Below are positions 14,823-23,337 of a stretch of DNA of 64,000 nucleotides, piece by piece. The translations under genes and the position numbers were made by a program. The stretch is from a virus. The stretch spans positions 99,303-163,302 of IMG/VR virus record IMGVR_UViG_3300031576_000004; one strand, given 5' to 3'. The notes below the pieces were generated by a model. It did not search any database. It saw nothing but the letters and a program-made list of their open reading frames with translations, and was not told the DNA's origin. Numbering within the stretch: position 1 is the stretch's first letter; each line of letters opens with the position of its first letter.

Positions 14823-17803
14823 GTTGTCGTCTCCAGGAATTCCTTTTGGCCAGAGGTCTCAGCATTATAGATGAGAGTGGGCACCATCGTTAGGGCTACC
14901 TTCTCGTTCTTCCACCTGGAGACCATTTCAAAATCATGCGCGTAGCCAACTTCAGTGCGATTCTTCCACCATCCATATTTCTCTATTAGACTCTTCTTAT
15001 GAAGCACCTCTGATGTATCCACCTGGAACTTCTCTGGGGCAGTACAGAACCTAGGCTTGCCATCTACAAGCATGGATGATAATGCGTAGCTTGCTCCCTC
15101 AAATTTCATCTTATCGTGTAGGCATGATAAATGGTCCGACATAACCGTGTTATCGTCATCTACATACGCTATTAAGTTGGCTGACGACAACATGATCCCG
15201 TAATTCCTAGGAATAGCCCCGCCTGCTCCATGGTTATTGGGCAGGTTAAATATGCGGGCCTTTTCGCAGGCATAATCCTGTAATTCTGGACAATTGTCCC
15301 CAACAATAATTATCTCTTTGGAGAAATAGTCCTGCTCCAAGACGGACGCCACGGCCTTCCCTAGAAGCAGGTTCTTCACCCTCTTGTGAGTCGGGATAAT
15401 CACAGAGATCTTCGGGCCTAAATAGAACTCCTTGATCCGCGGATCTGATGGATGAGCATAATTAAGGATCGGATATTCCTTCAGGGTCTCCTCGAAGAGC
15501 TCGCTGTCCGTATCGAATTCCCCACCCAGCTCTCGGTATTGCGCTATGGATTTAATGCGCCTTGTTGCGTCGTGAAACCCCAGGTGGTGAGTTATTAAGG
15601 AATTCTTAAGTACTACGACTCTATTCGATCCGATAAGCTTCTCATGCACAGGGAAGACCCACCTGATATCAGGCTTGTTCCTGTGCATGAACGGCTTCGC
15701 AATATGCTCCTTGCCGTTTGTGTCCACAAGCTTCGCCAGGAAGATGTCGTATTCATCCTGATCAACGAGCTCCCAAATATTCTCCAGCGTGGACTTGTCG
15801 AGGCGCTCGTCCGGATCAAACATAATGATCCAATCACAGCTGAGCGCAAACTTGCCAATGGCATGATTTCTGGCTCTTGAAAAAGCTGTAAACTCATAGT
15901 CCTCTATGATGGCAACGCCATTATTTTTAGCCCATTCGACGGTGCCGTCTGTGGAGCCAGAATCCAATATCGATATATCATTAGTAATCCCTTTGAACTG
16001 TTCAACAAATCCTGGAAGCGCCTCGATCTCATCCTTTGTGATCGCAATGACCTTAATCTTTGGGTGCTTCCTGTGGAATGGAGCCCTGTTCTCCTCTAGG
16101 ATTTTGTTAATATCGAGATCGTTGGCTTTGAAGGTGGCGTGTCCCTCATGGTGGATCCACGCCCGCTCAACTATCTTGCAGATATACCCAGCCTTGCGAA
16201 CTCGAGCGCAGTAATCTGTGTCTTCAAAGTTAACGAACCTCGTGTCGAATCCTCCGAGCTTCTTGAACATGTCTGTCCTGGTCATCATGCAGACACCCAC
16301 TACAGAATCCACGACAAGGCTTCCATGCCTGAAAGCGTCTTCCTTCTGAACGTATCCCTGAGGGGGACAAGCATAGTTTGAGTACGGGCCAACAACCGCT
16401 GTTGCTTGGGAATCATTTAATCCAATAAGAAGCCTGTCTAGAACTCCAGGCTCTACGACTGTGTCGCTGTTAAGGAAACAGATATATGGCGACGTCACTT
16501 CCATCGCCGCCCTATTGCACCCAGCGGCATAGCCGATATTCGCCTCTAGGTTGATGACCTTGGTTGCCGGCCCTTCAACCGGAACTTTGGATCCGTTGTT
16601 AAGAAGGATAACTGGCAGCGTCGGGTAGTGCTTCTTAACTGATTCAAGGCACCGCTTCGTGAGCTCCGGGGTATTCCAATCAAGGACAACAATGGAGATA
16701 CATCCTTCCCGATGTCTCCTGTTATTGAATTCCTCAAACTCATGGCGGTAATTGTTGCGGCCAATCTCAAGGTTATCCTGAATCGCCTTATTCTTTGTAA
16801 ACGTTGTGTTCTGGAAGGCGTCTAGGAAGCGATAGAGGTATAGACATTTGTCCAGGTGGAAACACTTGGACCTAAGGAAAAAGCGAGCATAGAGGTCCCA
16901 ATCGTCTGCGATCGCTAATTGCGGATTGTACCCACCAAGCTCTCTGAATGTCTTAGCTCGGTAAGCTCTGATGTGGTTCGGCCCAACCGTCAGAAACCAA
17001 CCGAACTGCTTGTAGTACTCTGGGCCAAATCTGTCATAGATATTCGGATTAACAGCCTCCATATACTTCTTCCCGTTGTACTCAAACTCCCTATACCTTC
17101 CATCCTTAACCCACTCTGGGAAGGTGTGCGGGGAACCGTCCTGGAAGAAGCTGGCGCAGTTCGTATAAACCATCCCAGCTTCTGGATGCGATTTAAATGC
17201 CGCGGCGACATCATAGACCGCATCACGAGTAAGCATATCGTCATGATCCAACTCGATCAGGTAAACGCCTGTGCATAGGCGTGTGGCCATGTCCTTTAGT
17301 GCGCCAACCTTGCCTATGTGGTTAACCTTGATCGGCCTGACCCTGTGGTCAATTTTAGCGAACTCTAAGAGGCGCTCGTATGTCCCATCGGTAGATCCAT
17401 CGTCAACGACAACCCATTCCCAGTTCGGATACGTTTGATCTCTGAGAGAGTAGTAGGTGTCCAGGATCATGCCGCCAGTGTTAAATGTCGGCGTATAGAC
17501 CGAAACAAGCGGCTGAACATCATCTTCTTTTGGCGCTGTCCAAATATTGTTTATGTAAACGTTCTGGATCGATTGCGCCACAGCTTCTGGAGTGGCTTTA
17601 GGGTCGCTTACATTCATCCACTTTTTCCGCAGATCGTAGCCCGCTGCGTTGAGCTCACCAGGGAAGAATCCAGTGGTAACAATAACATCTGGCCTGAACC
17701 TGGCTATCGCAGGAAGCAGATCCTTAATGTCTGTTACTGTGCAGGATTCGGCAGGGACATCCCACTGCCGCAAGACAAACAGGACTCTTATTCCACTTAT
17801 CAT
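14819..17803 (-). CDS. multidomain glycosyltransferase with four GT2 (GT-A) domains
   Basis: Four GT-A units: VSVYTPTFN..DDGSTD..ELDHDD; ISIVVL..FLNSD; VIAITKDE..DSGSTD..FDPDE; ISVIIPT..YVDDD. Confidence 0.92.
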   Translation of the reverse strand: MISGIRVLFVLRQWDVPAESCTVTDIKDLLPAIARFRPDVIVTTGFFPGELNAAGYDLRKKWMNVSDPKATPEAVAQSIQNVYINNIWTAPKEDDVQPLVSVYTPTFNTGGMILDTYYSLRDQTYPNWEWVVVDDGSTDGTYERLLEFAKIDHRVRPIKVNHIGKVGALKDMATRLCTGVYLIELDHDDMLTRDAVYDVAAAFKSHPEAGMVYTNCASFFQDGSPHTFPEWVKDGRYREFEYNGKKYMEAVNPNIYDRFGPEYYKQFGWFLTVGPNHIRAYRAKTFRELGGYNPQLAIADDWDLYARFFLRSKCFHLDKCLYLYRFLDAFQNTTFTKNKAIQDNLEIGRNNYRHEFEEFNNRRHREGCISIVVLDWNTPELTKRCLESVKKHYPTLPVILLNNGSKVPVEGPATKVINLEANIGYAAGCNRAAMEVTSPYICFLNSDTVVEPGVLDRLLIGLNDSQATAVVGPYSNYACPPQGYVQKEDAFRHGSLVVDSVVGVCMMTRTDMFKKLGGFDTRFVNFEDTDYCARVRKAGYICKIVERAWIHHEGHATFKANDLDINKILEENRAPFHRKHPKIKVIAITKDEIEALPGFVEQFKGITNDISILDSGSTDGTVEWAKNNGVAIIEDYEFTAFSRARNHAIGKFALSCDWIIMFDPDERLDKSTLENIWELVDQDEYDIFLAKLVDTNGKEHIAKPFMHRNKPDIRWVFPVHEKLIGSNRVVVLKNSLITHHLGFHDATRRIKSIAQYRELGGEFDTDSELFEETLKEYPILNYAHPSDPRIKEFYLGPKISVIIPTHKRVKNLLLGKAVASVLEQDYFSKEIIIVGDNCPELQDYACEKARIFNLPNNHGAGGAIPRNYGIMLSSANLIAYVDDDNTVMSDHLSCLHDKMKFEGASYALSSMLVDGKPRFCTAPEKFQVDTSEVLHKKSLIEKYGWWKNRTEVGYAHDFEMVSRWKNEKVALTMVPTLIYNAETSGQKEFLETTT

Positions 17804-17848
17804 GCTTACACCATAGCATGATCCTGCCTGCGATGGAAGCCTAAAGTC

Positions 17849-18355
17849 CTACCATTCGGCAGCGACTGAAACTCCTGGCGTAGCCAAGAGAAGATCCTCT
17901 CCCTGCCCTGGAGTCATGGTGTCTCTATCGAATCTCTCAATCCCAGGAATGTGGAGGGCGTTCAAAAGCCTCCAAATCAGCTCTGAACAAACAACCCCCT
18001 TTGATATCGGGTTCTTTTTACAAAGCCTAAAAACAAGAACAAACACAAAACCAACTAGCTGAGCGTAGCCATATGGCTCATCCTCAAACTTAAGAACGTA
18101 GGAGAGTGCTTCCTTCTCAGTCTCTGGATTGCAGTCTATTTTGTATATTATTCCGTTTGTTTTTCTGTTTACTAGAGAGCCAAGTTTAGCCCTATGGACT
18201 GTAAACCCAGATGCATGGATGATGGGTACATCTGGGTTGTTGTGTGGATCGCCAAGACACACAAATGTGTGGCTATGCTTTGACTTTGTTATCCGTCTGA
18301 TAAGCCAAGAAAGCAGATTGTATTTCCTGGCTTCAAATCCCACATATGCCGGCAT
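17849..18355 (-). CDS. permuted papain-like NlpC/P60 (YiiX-like) amidase
   Basis: HSH near the N-terminus and CSEL near the C-terminus (His-before-Cys order). Confidence 0.8.
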   Translation of the reverse strand: MPAYVGFEARKYNLLSWLIRRITKSKHSHTFVCLGDPHNNPDVPIIHASGFTVHRAKLGSLVNRKTNGIIYKIDCNPETEKEALSYVLKFEDEPYGYAQLVGFVFVLVFRLCKKNPISKGVVCSELIWRLLNALHIPGIERFDRDTMTPGQGEDLLLATPGVSVAAEW

Positions 18356-18356
18356 G

Positions 18357-19145
18357 TTAGTACAGAACCGCTAGAATTCCCCTTAGGGTTCTAGCTACGC
18401 CAGACACTGGAGTGGCCGTTACCTTTAGAATCATGCCGGCTGGCAGGTAAGACCCGCCAAAGGCTTCTTCGCCTATTTCATAGATTTCAATGGGCTCAAT
18501 AGTGAGGTCGCCCCTAATGAAGTCCACCTGAACCTTCACCGCGTCGCTGGATGCAAAGGCAGCGACAAGCGGGGTATCAAGCGTCACGACTTTCGTTGTT
18601 GTATTTACTGCTTTCACAAGATGCCTGCTTGTGTTTGCAGCAAACGTCAAAAGATACCCAACATCAATATTCGCAACGCTATTAACGGTTACCGTTGTGT
18701 CGTTCTGAGCGGCTGCAGCTGTCAGCACCCCGACTTGGCCAACCATCACCTTTACAGAGAGCTTATCTCCAGATAGAAGATTATTGGCCACGACCTTTCC
18801 AGAAAGCATTTCAACTGGGAACGGGAACGACACATCTAGCGCAACGGGATCTGTGCTATTGGCAGGAAGATCAATATTTATTGGGTAGGTCCAATAATGC
18901 CCCTTAACCGTTTCGGCGGTCTTAAGGAGGGTTACTGGAGTCTCCACAAGCGAGTTCGCAGACGGCTTATAGCTTGCCTCGAACTCAACCTGGTCTGCTC
19001 CGCTGTCCTTAAGAATAGACGTCTCGAATGCTCCGCCTACATCTTGATAGGTGATCACATAAAACGAATCTCGGTCGATATAGCGGACCTTTTTAGCGTT
19101 AGATACTCTCGCCTTAAAGTCAGCCCAAGACAGTGATACGATCAT
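18357..19145 (-). CDS. putative virion structural protein
   Basis: Start reassigned to ATG 19145; beta-rich LTAAAA..T.TV.SV module. Confidence 0.7.
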   Translation of the reverse strand: MIVSLSWADFKARVSNAKKVRYIDRDSFYVITYQDVGGAFETSILKDSGADQVEFEASYKPSANSLVETPVTLLKTAETVKGHYWTYPINIDLPANSTDPVALDVSFPFPVEMLSGKVVANNLLSGDKLSVKVMVGQVGVLTAAAAQNDTTVTVNSVANIDVGYLLTFAANTSRHLVKAVNTTTKVVTLDTPLVAAFASSDAVKVQVDFIRGDLTIEPIEIYEIGEEAFGGSYLPAGMILKVTATPVSGVARTLRGILAVLY

Positions 19146-19155
19146 TTTTTCAACC

Positions 19156-19569
19156 TTAATAAAGTGTGTAGTAGATAATATAGTTCCACAAAGCATTCGT
19201 TCCGGTATTGCTTCTAATTCGAAGCCACAGCTTTTCTACTCCTGTGCTTGCAACGCTAACCGGAGCAAGCCATGTGATGATCCCGCCTAGGTATGTATCA
19301 ACATCTCTCGATTCTCCGCCAGGGACAGAGGTGAACGCCCTAAGCTGCGTATCTGTCGTGTTGCCTGCGCTCTTAGTGGTGAGGTTTGGTCTCAGCTCAA
19401 AAATCAAACTCTTATCTTCTGAAATGAATGTAGAGTACCCAAGCCAAAGATGCTTTCCGCTAGGAATCACTCCGCCTGAGATCTGGGCGGTTACATCATG
19501 CCATGTTTCGCTAGTGACAGACCCGTTCCCAAGCAGCTGCAACTCAAACAGAGGAATAATTACGGCCAT
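19156..19569 (-). CDS. small beta-sandwich structural protein (paralog of 19577-19969)
   Basis: IP.G...W.G.....S.DKS....LR...E..WL shared. Confidence 0.75.
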   Translation of the reverse strand: MAVIIPLFELQLLGNGSVTSETWHDVTAQISGGVIPSGKHLWLGYSTFISEDKSLIFELRPNLTTKSAGNTTDTQLRAFTSVPGGESRDVDTYLGGIITWLAPVSVASTGVEKLWLRIRSNTGTNALWNYIIYYTLY

Positions 19570-19576
19570 TTTTTAC

Positions 19577-19969
19577 CTACTCGTTAGTATAGTTTATTGA
19601 GTAAAGATAAGAACCAGCAGAGCCCTTGGCTTTTAGATATAGCCACCAATGCTCAACCCCTGTCCCGACAACTGTTGCTATATGTAATCTTCCCTTGCGA
19701 TAAAGATCGCGCGTTACCGTCCCACTTCTTGTAGAAACAAAACAGCTATCCAATGACGCCGAAGCGCCAAGTGTCGCAGCGCTTTGCCCAACAAGACTCG
19801 TCCTCAGATTATATGAAATAGACTTGTCTGGAGAGGTATACTGAGCATTCCCAATCCAGATCCTCTGCCCAGTCGGGATAAGCCCGAGATCAACCCACAG
19901 CTCAGTTGCAACCGTGAGGTCCCCTGGAGGTGGCCCGAGTATATTGCTCGTGAACAGATTAACTGCCAT
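19577..19969 (-). CDS. small beta-sandwich structural protein
   Basis: Paralog of 19156-19569. Confidence 0.75.
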   Translation of the reverse strand: MAVNLFTSNILGPPPGDLTVATELWVDLGLIPTGQRIWIGNAQYTSPDKSISYNLRTSLVGQSAATLGASASLDSCFVSTRSGTVTRDLYRKGRLHIATVVGTGVEHWWLYLKAKGSAGSYLYSINYTNE

Positions 19970-20383
19970 TTATGCCTCTATCCCAGCATATGAACCCCAA
20001 ACGGTTCCTTTAATCAACGATGTTTCTGCGGTGAGCTTGAACACGTCTCCAGCGTCACCAATATAAATCCCATTGCCCATCTCTAGCGGGACTGTTGCCT
20101 GCCCTTGCCCGCCAACAGCGAGCAATATCTTCTGGACAAGATTGAAGGCCCCAGCTCCGCCGGTTTGTTTCTTGAGTCTAATGATTACTGTTGAACCAGA
20201 GTCATAGTTAGCAACAAAGGCTGTAACCGCGAATCTCTTCCCAGCAGCAACGGTGTAGGAAGTGTTCGCGATGTCCATCTCCGTCTTTGCTGATATCACA
20301 AGCTCATTCTGCCTGAGGATATTTGCGCTTATAACGCCGATGCCTGAGTCAGCCGGCTGACGCGGGATTACTTCAAGGCTCAT
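19970..20383 (-). CDS. small beta-sandwich structural protein
   Basis: YTV.AGK motif; tightly coupled genes. Confidence 0.7.
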   Translation of the reverse strand: MSLEVIPRQPADSGIGVISANILRQNELVISAKTEMDIANTSYTVAAGKRFAVTAFVANYDSGSTVIIRLKKQTGGAGAFNLVQKILLAVGGQGQATVPLEMGNGIYIGDAGDVFKLTAETSLIKGTVWGSYAGIEA

Positions 20384-20715
20384 TAGACAACCTCCACGCC
20401 TGACGCGGTCACCACAATCTGGCTTGCTACGCTAGCAAATGATCTAAGCGTTTCTGCTGCGCTTAACACTATCGATCCCGTCAGGCTCACAACACCATTG
20501 GCCGGAACCAACGTGCCGGAAAATATCCTTGTTCCAGCTGCATCAGCGCCAATCGATATCGTTATCGTCCTTGCGACGTTTTCGTTATTCGTAACGATTA
20601 TGTGTCTGACGATTGTAGTTGCTGAGGCCGGCACTGTATAGAGCGTCTGGGCGGTCCCAGATGTTGTCGCCGTTATTAGCGCTGGCCCAGCTAGGCGTTT
20701 GGCTGTATCGGCCAT
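20383..20715 (-). CDS. small beta-sandwich structural protein
   Basis: LYTVPA...I.V.N...ASGVE pattern common in phage virion proteins. Confidence 0.75.
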   Translation of the reverse strand: MADTAKRLAGPALITATTSGTAQTLYTVPASATTIVRHIIVTNNENVARTITISIGADAAGTRIFSGTLVPANGVVSLTGSIVLSAAETLRSFASVASQIVVTASGVEVV

Positions 20716-21000
20716 TTAACTTTCTCCCCACTTCCAAATTGAGACAAATCTGTCAGCCACTTGCAGGCCAGATATTAAACCAGGAGGAATATCATTTACT
20801 CCATCGTTAAGCTTCAACGTAGACACCCCAGGACTAACGGCATTATCAGTGCAATAAGCTATTAAATCTGAAGATCCAGCAATTTCCTCTGGTTCAAGAA
20901 AACCTGATAGCGTCTCGCTCCCAGATCCAGGAATGATTATACCAAGATCCCTGATGAGAACGTTAGATGCTGTGTTGTTAAAGCAAATAATCGTTGCCAC
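20716..21000 (-). CDS. small structural protein, anchor-like
   Basis: N.T...I.DLG...EI..S.DL resembles the 13449/14043/21008 N-domain. Confidence 0.65.
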   Translation of the reverse strand: MATIICFNNTASNVLIRDLGIIIPGSGSETLSGFLEPEEIAGSSDLIAYCTDNAVSPGVSTLKLNDGVNDIPPGLISGLQVADRFVSIWKWGES

Positions 21001-21007
21001 AATTCAC

Positions 21008-23326
21008 CTATACAGTCAGTTCTGCCGACACAACTTCGCTATTAAATGTCGAAGGCCCAGACCCGCTCGTTCTAACGATCCTGATACCTATCTCATCCCC
21101 AGCAGCAATAGCTACAGATAGAGAACTACTATAAGCGGATGTCGCTGATACGGCAAGAGCGATAGTCGCCAAGACTGTAGGCGTGCCGGATGAATCCTTT
21201 AATATCTCCATATCGAAAGCTCTCGATGCATCAGCAGCGTTAACTTTAATGCTTCCACCAGTAAGTGTACATGCTCTCGGAATAATTATTCCAGCGGTGG
21301 ACCCAACAACACCATCTTCTGTTGCCATATATAACGTTCCGCCAGCAGGAACACCATTGTTACGACTCATGCCGACAAGGAATCGTCCAGACGTTCCTAT
21401 TATTCCTTGCCAACCCTGATTACCTTGGTTGCCCTGAGGACCCTGAAAACCTTGGACTCCTTGGAATCCCTGATATCCCTGCCAGCCCTGGAAGCCCTGA
21501 TTACCTTGGTTGCCCTGGAATCCAGCATTTCCTTGGTTGCCCTGATTACCTTGGTTCCCCTGGTTTCCTTGAGCTCCCTGAACTCCTTGCCAGCCCTGCC
21601 AACCTTGCCAACCTTGATTACCCTGATTCCCCTGGTTTCCTTGGTTACCCTGGAAGCCCTCGTTGCCTTGGTTACCCTGATTTCCTTGAGCTCCCTGAAC
21701 TCCTTGCCAGCCTTGATTCCCTTGATTGCCCTGGAACCCTTGCCAACCTTGGTTGCCCTGATTTCCCTGATTTCCTTGAGCTCCCTGAACGCCCTGGAAA
21801 CCCTGAGCCCCCTGAACTCCCTGCCAACCTTGGTTGCCTTGCCAACCCTGATTTCCTTGAGCGCCAGTGTCTCCGACATTTCCTTGGTTACCTTGATTTC
21901 CCTGGTTACCTTGCCATCCCTGGTTTCCCTGGAAACCCTGAGGACCCTGGATCCCTTGCCAACCTTGGTTCCCCTGATTTCCCTGCCAGCCCTGGTTTCC
22001 TTGAAAACCATCTGCTCCATCAATGCCGGCATTTCCCTGGTTCCCTTGGTTACCCTGATTTCCTTGGTTGCCTTGGAATCCCTGCCAGCCTTGGTTGCCC
22101 TGGTTGCCTTGATTTCCCTGGTTGCCTTGATTGCCCTGCCATCCCTGGTTCCCCTGGAATCCATCTGTGCCGGCAATTCCTTGGTTTCCTTGATTGCCTT
22201 GGAAACCTTGATTGCCTTGATTGCCCTGATTCCCTTGAGGCCCCTGAATGCCCTGCCAACCTTGATTCCCCTGCCAGCCTTGATTGCCCTGGAAACCCTG
22301 GTTGCCTTGGAAACCCTGATTCCCTTGGTTCCCTTGGTTACCCTGGTTCCCCTGATTGCCCTGTGGGCCTTGTATCCCTTGCCAGCCCTGATTGCCTTGC
22401 CAACCCTGAGGCCCTTGCCATCCCTGATTGCCGTCAATGCCCGCGTTTCCCTGGTTTCCTTGATTGCCTTGATTACCTTGGTTTCCTTGATTGCCTTGAT
22501 TACCCTGAAAGCCCTGAGGTCCAGTAAAACCTTGGTTGCCTTGGTTTCCTTGATTGCCCTGGTTACCTTGATTCCCTTGGTTGCCCTGGCTACCCTGATT
22601 CCCCTGATTACCTTGCGAGCCTTGGAAACCAAGAACAACGTCTGTATCAACCTGGTCGCTATAAGATCTCAGAGGTGCGGGTATAACTGGCTTTGTCGCT
22701 AGGTTGAATACCTGTAGGTATATCCAATCAATATCTACCGTCGCTGGAATCAGTGGGAATGCAAATGTAGTTTCAACTCCTCCGTCAAAAACATAGAAGC
22801 TAAGAGTCCATACGCCAGCTGACTCTGTTAGGCGTCCATAGACCTCGTTACCCATCGAGTCTACGAACGCGTTCTGGTTAAGAGGCTTCCTTAACGGAGC
22901 TCTGTTAAAAGGCAGGGCTGTGACGACGCCCTCTGTTGATACCGTGCCGCCAGGCGTTGCTATTGTGAACTGCGACGAGACGTTAACAGATATTGCGCCG
23001 CCGACGATAGTCGTGGTAAGCGCCTGGACATAGTCGGCTGTCTTAACATCTGTTAAAGGCGTTCCTGGAAATGCCGACAGCTCCGCATGAGTTACGATTG
23101 TGTCAACAAGCGGAGAGAAGCTGACCAGCTCAAGCTTCCCCTGATCGATAAGGTTCCTTATCTCTGACTTATTTATCGGATTCGCTGGGTCGTAACGAGT
23201 CCTGTTCGTCCTCTCCATGAGGATGAAGAAGTCATCGAATTCTTTGCTTATCTCACCAGGGACTAGATGTATCCCAGGCTTGGTGAGATATATGTCTTCA
23301 GTTAATGATATGTTTTTAACTTTCAC
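21008..23326 (-). CDS. collagen-like fibre protein (G-X-Q repeats) with N-terminal anchor and C-terminal globular domain
   Basis: ~137 uninterrupted Gly-X-Y triplets. Confidence 0.92.
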   Translation of the reverse strand: MKVKNISLTEDIYLTKPGIHLVPGEISKEFDDFFILMERTNRTRYDPANPINKSEIRNLIDQGKLELVSFSPLVDTIVTHAELSAFPGTPLTDVKTADYVQALTTTIVGGAISVNVSSQFTIATPGGTVSTEGVVTALPFNRAPLRKPLNQNAFVDSMGNEVYGRLTESAGVWTLSFYVFDGGVETTFAFPLIPATVDIDWIYLQVFNLATKPVIPAPLRSYSDQVDTDVVLGFQGSQGNQGNQGSQGNQGNQGNQGNQGNQGNQGFTGPQGFQGNQGNQGNQGNQGNQGNQGNAGIDGNQGWQGPQGWQGNQGWQGIQGPQGNQGNQGNQGNQGNQGFQGNQGFQGNQGWQGNQGWQGIQGPQGNQGNQGNQGFQGNQGNQGIAGTDGFQGNQGWQGNQGNQGNQGNQGNQGWQGFQGNQGNQGNQGNQGNAGIDGADGFQGNQGWQGNQGNQGWQGIQGPQGFQGNQGWQGNQGNQGNQGNVGDTGAQGNQGWQGNQGWQGVQGAQGFQGVQGAQGNQGNQGNQGWQGFQGNQGNQGWQGVQGAQGNQGNQGNEGFQGNQGNQGNQGNQGWQGWQGWQGVQGAQGNQGNQGNQGNQGNAGFQGNQGNQGFQGWQGYQGFQGVQGFQGPQGNQGNQGWQGIIGTSGRFLVGMSRNNGVPAGGTLYMATEDGVVGSTAGIIIPRACTLTGGSIKVNAADASRAFDMEILKDSSGTPTVLATIALAVSATSAYSSSLSVAIAAGDEIGIRIVRTSGSGPSTFNSEVVSAELTV
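21398..22630 (-). repeat. 9-bp-period coding repeat (GNQ/GWQ/GFQ)
   Basis: Degenerate CC(C/T)TG-NNN-NNN periodicity on the plus strand. Confidence 0.95.
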
Positions 23327-23337
23327 AGCTTATTATC

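Noticed and set aside
21322-22702. Three 400+ aa alternative-frame ORFs over the collagen repeat
   Set aside because: Stop-free frames arise from the 9-bp periodicity; no independent signals
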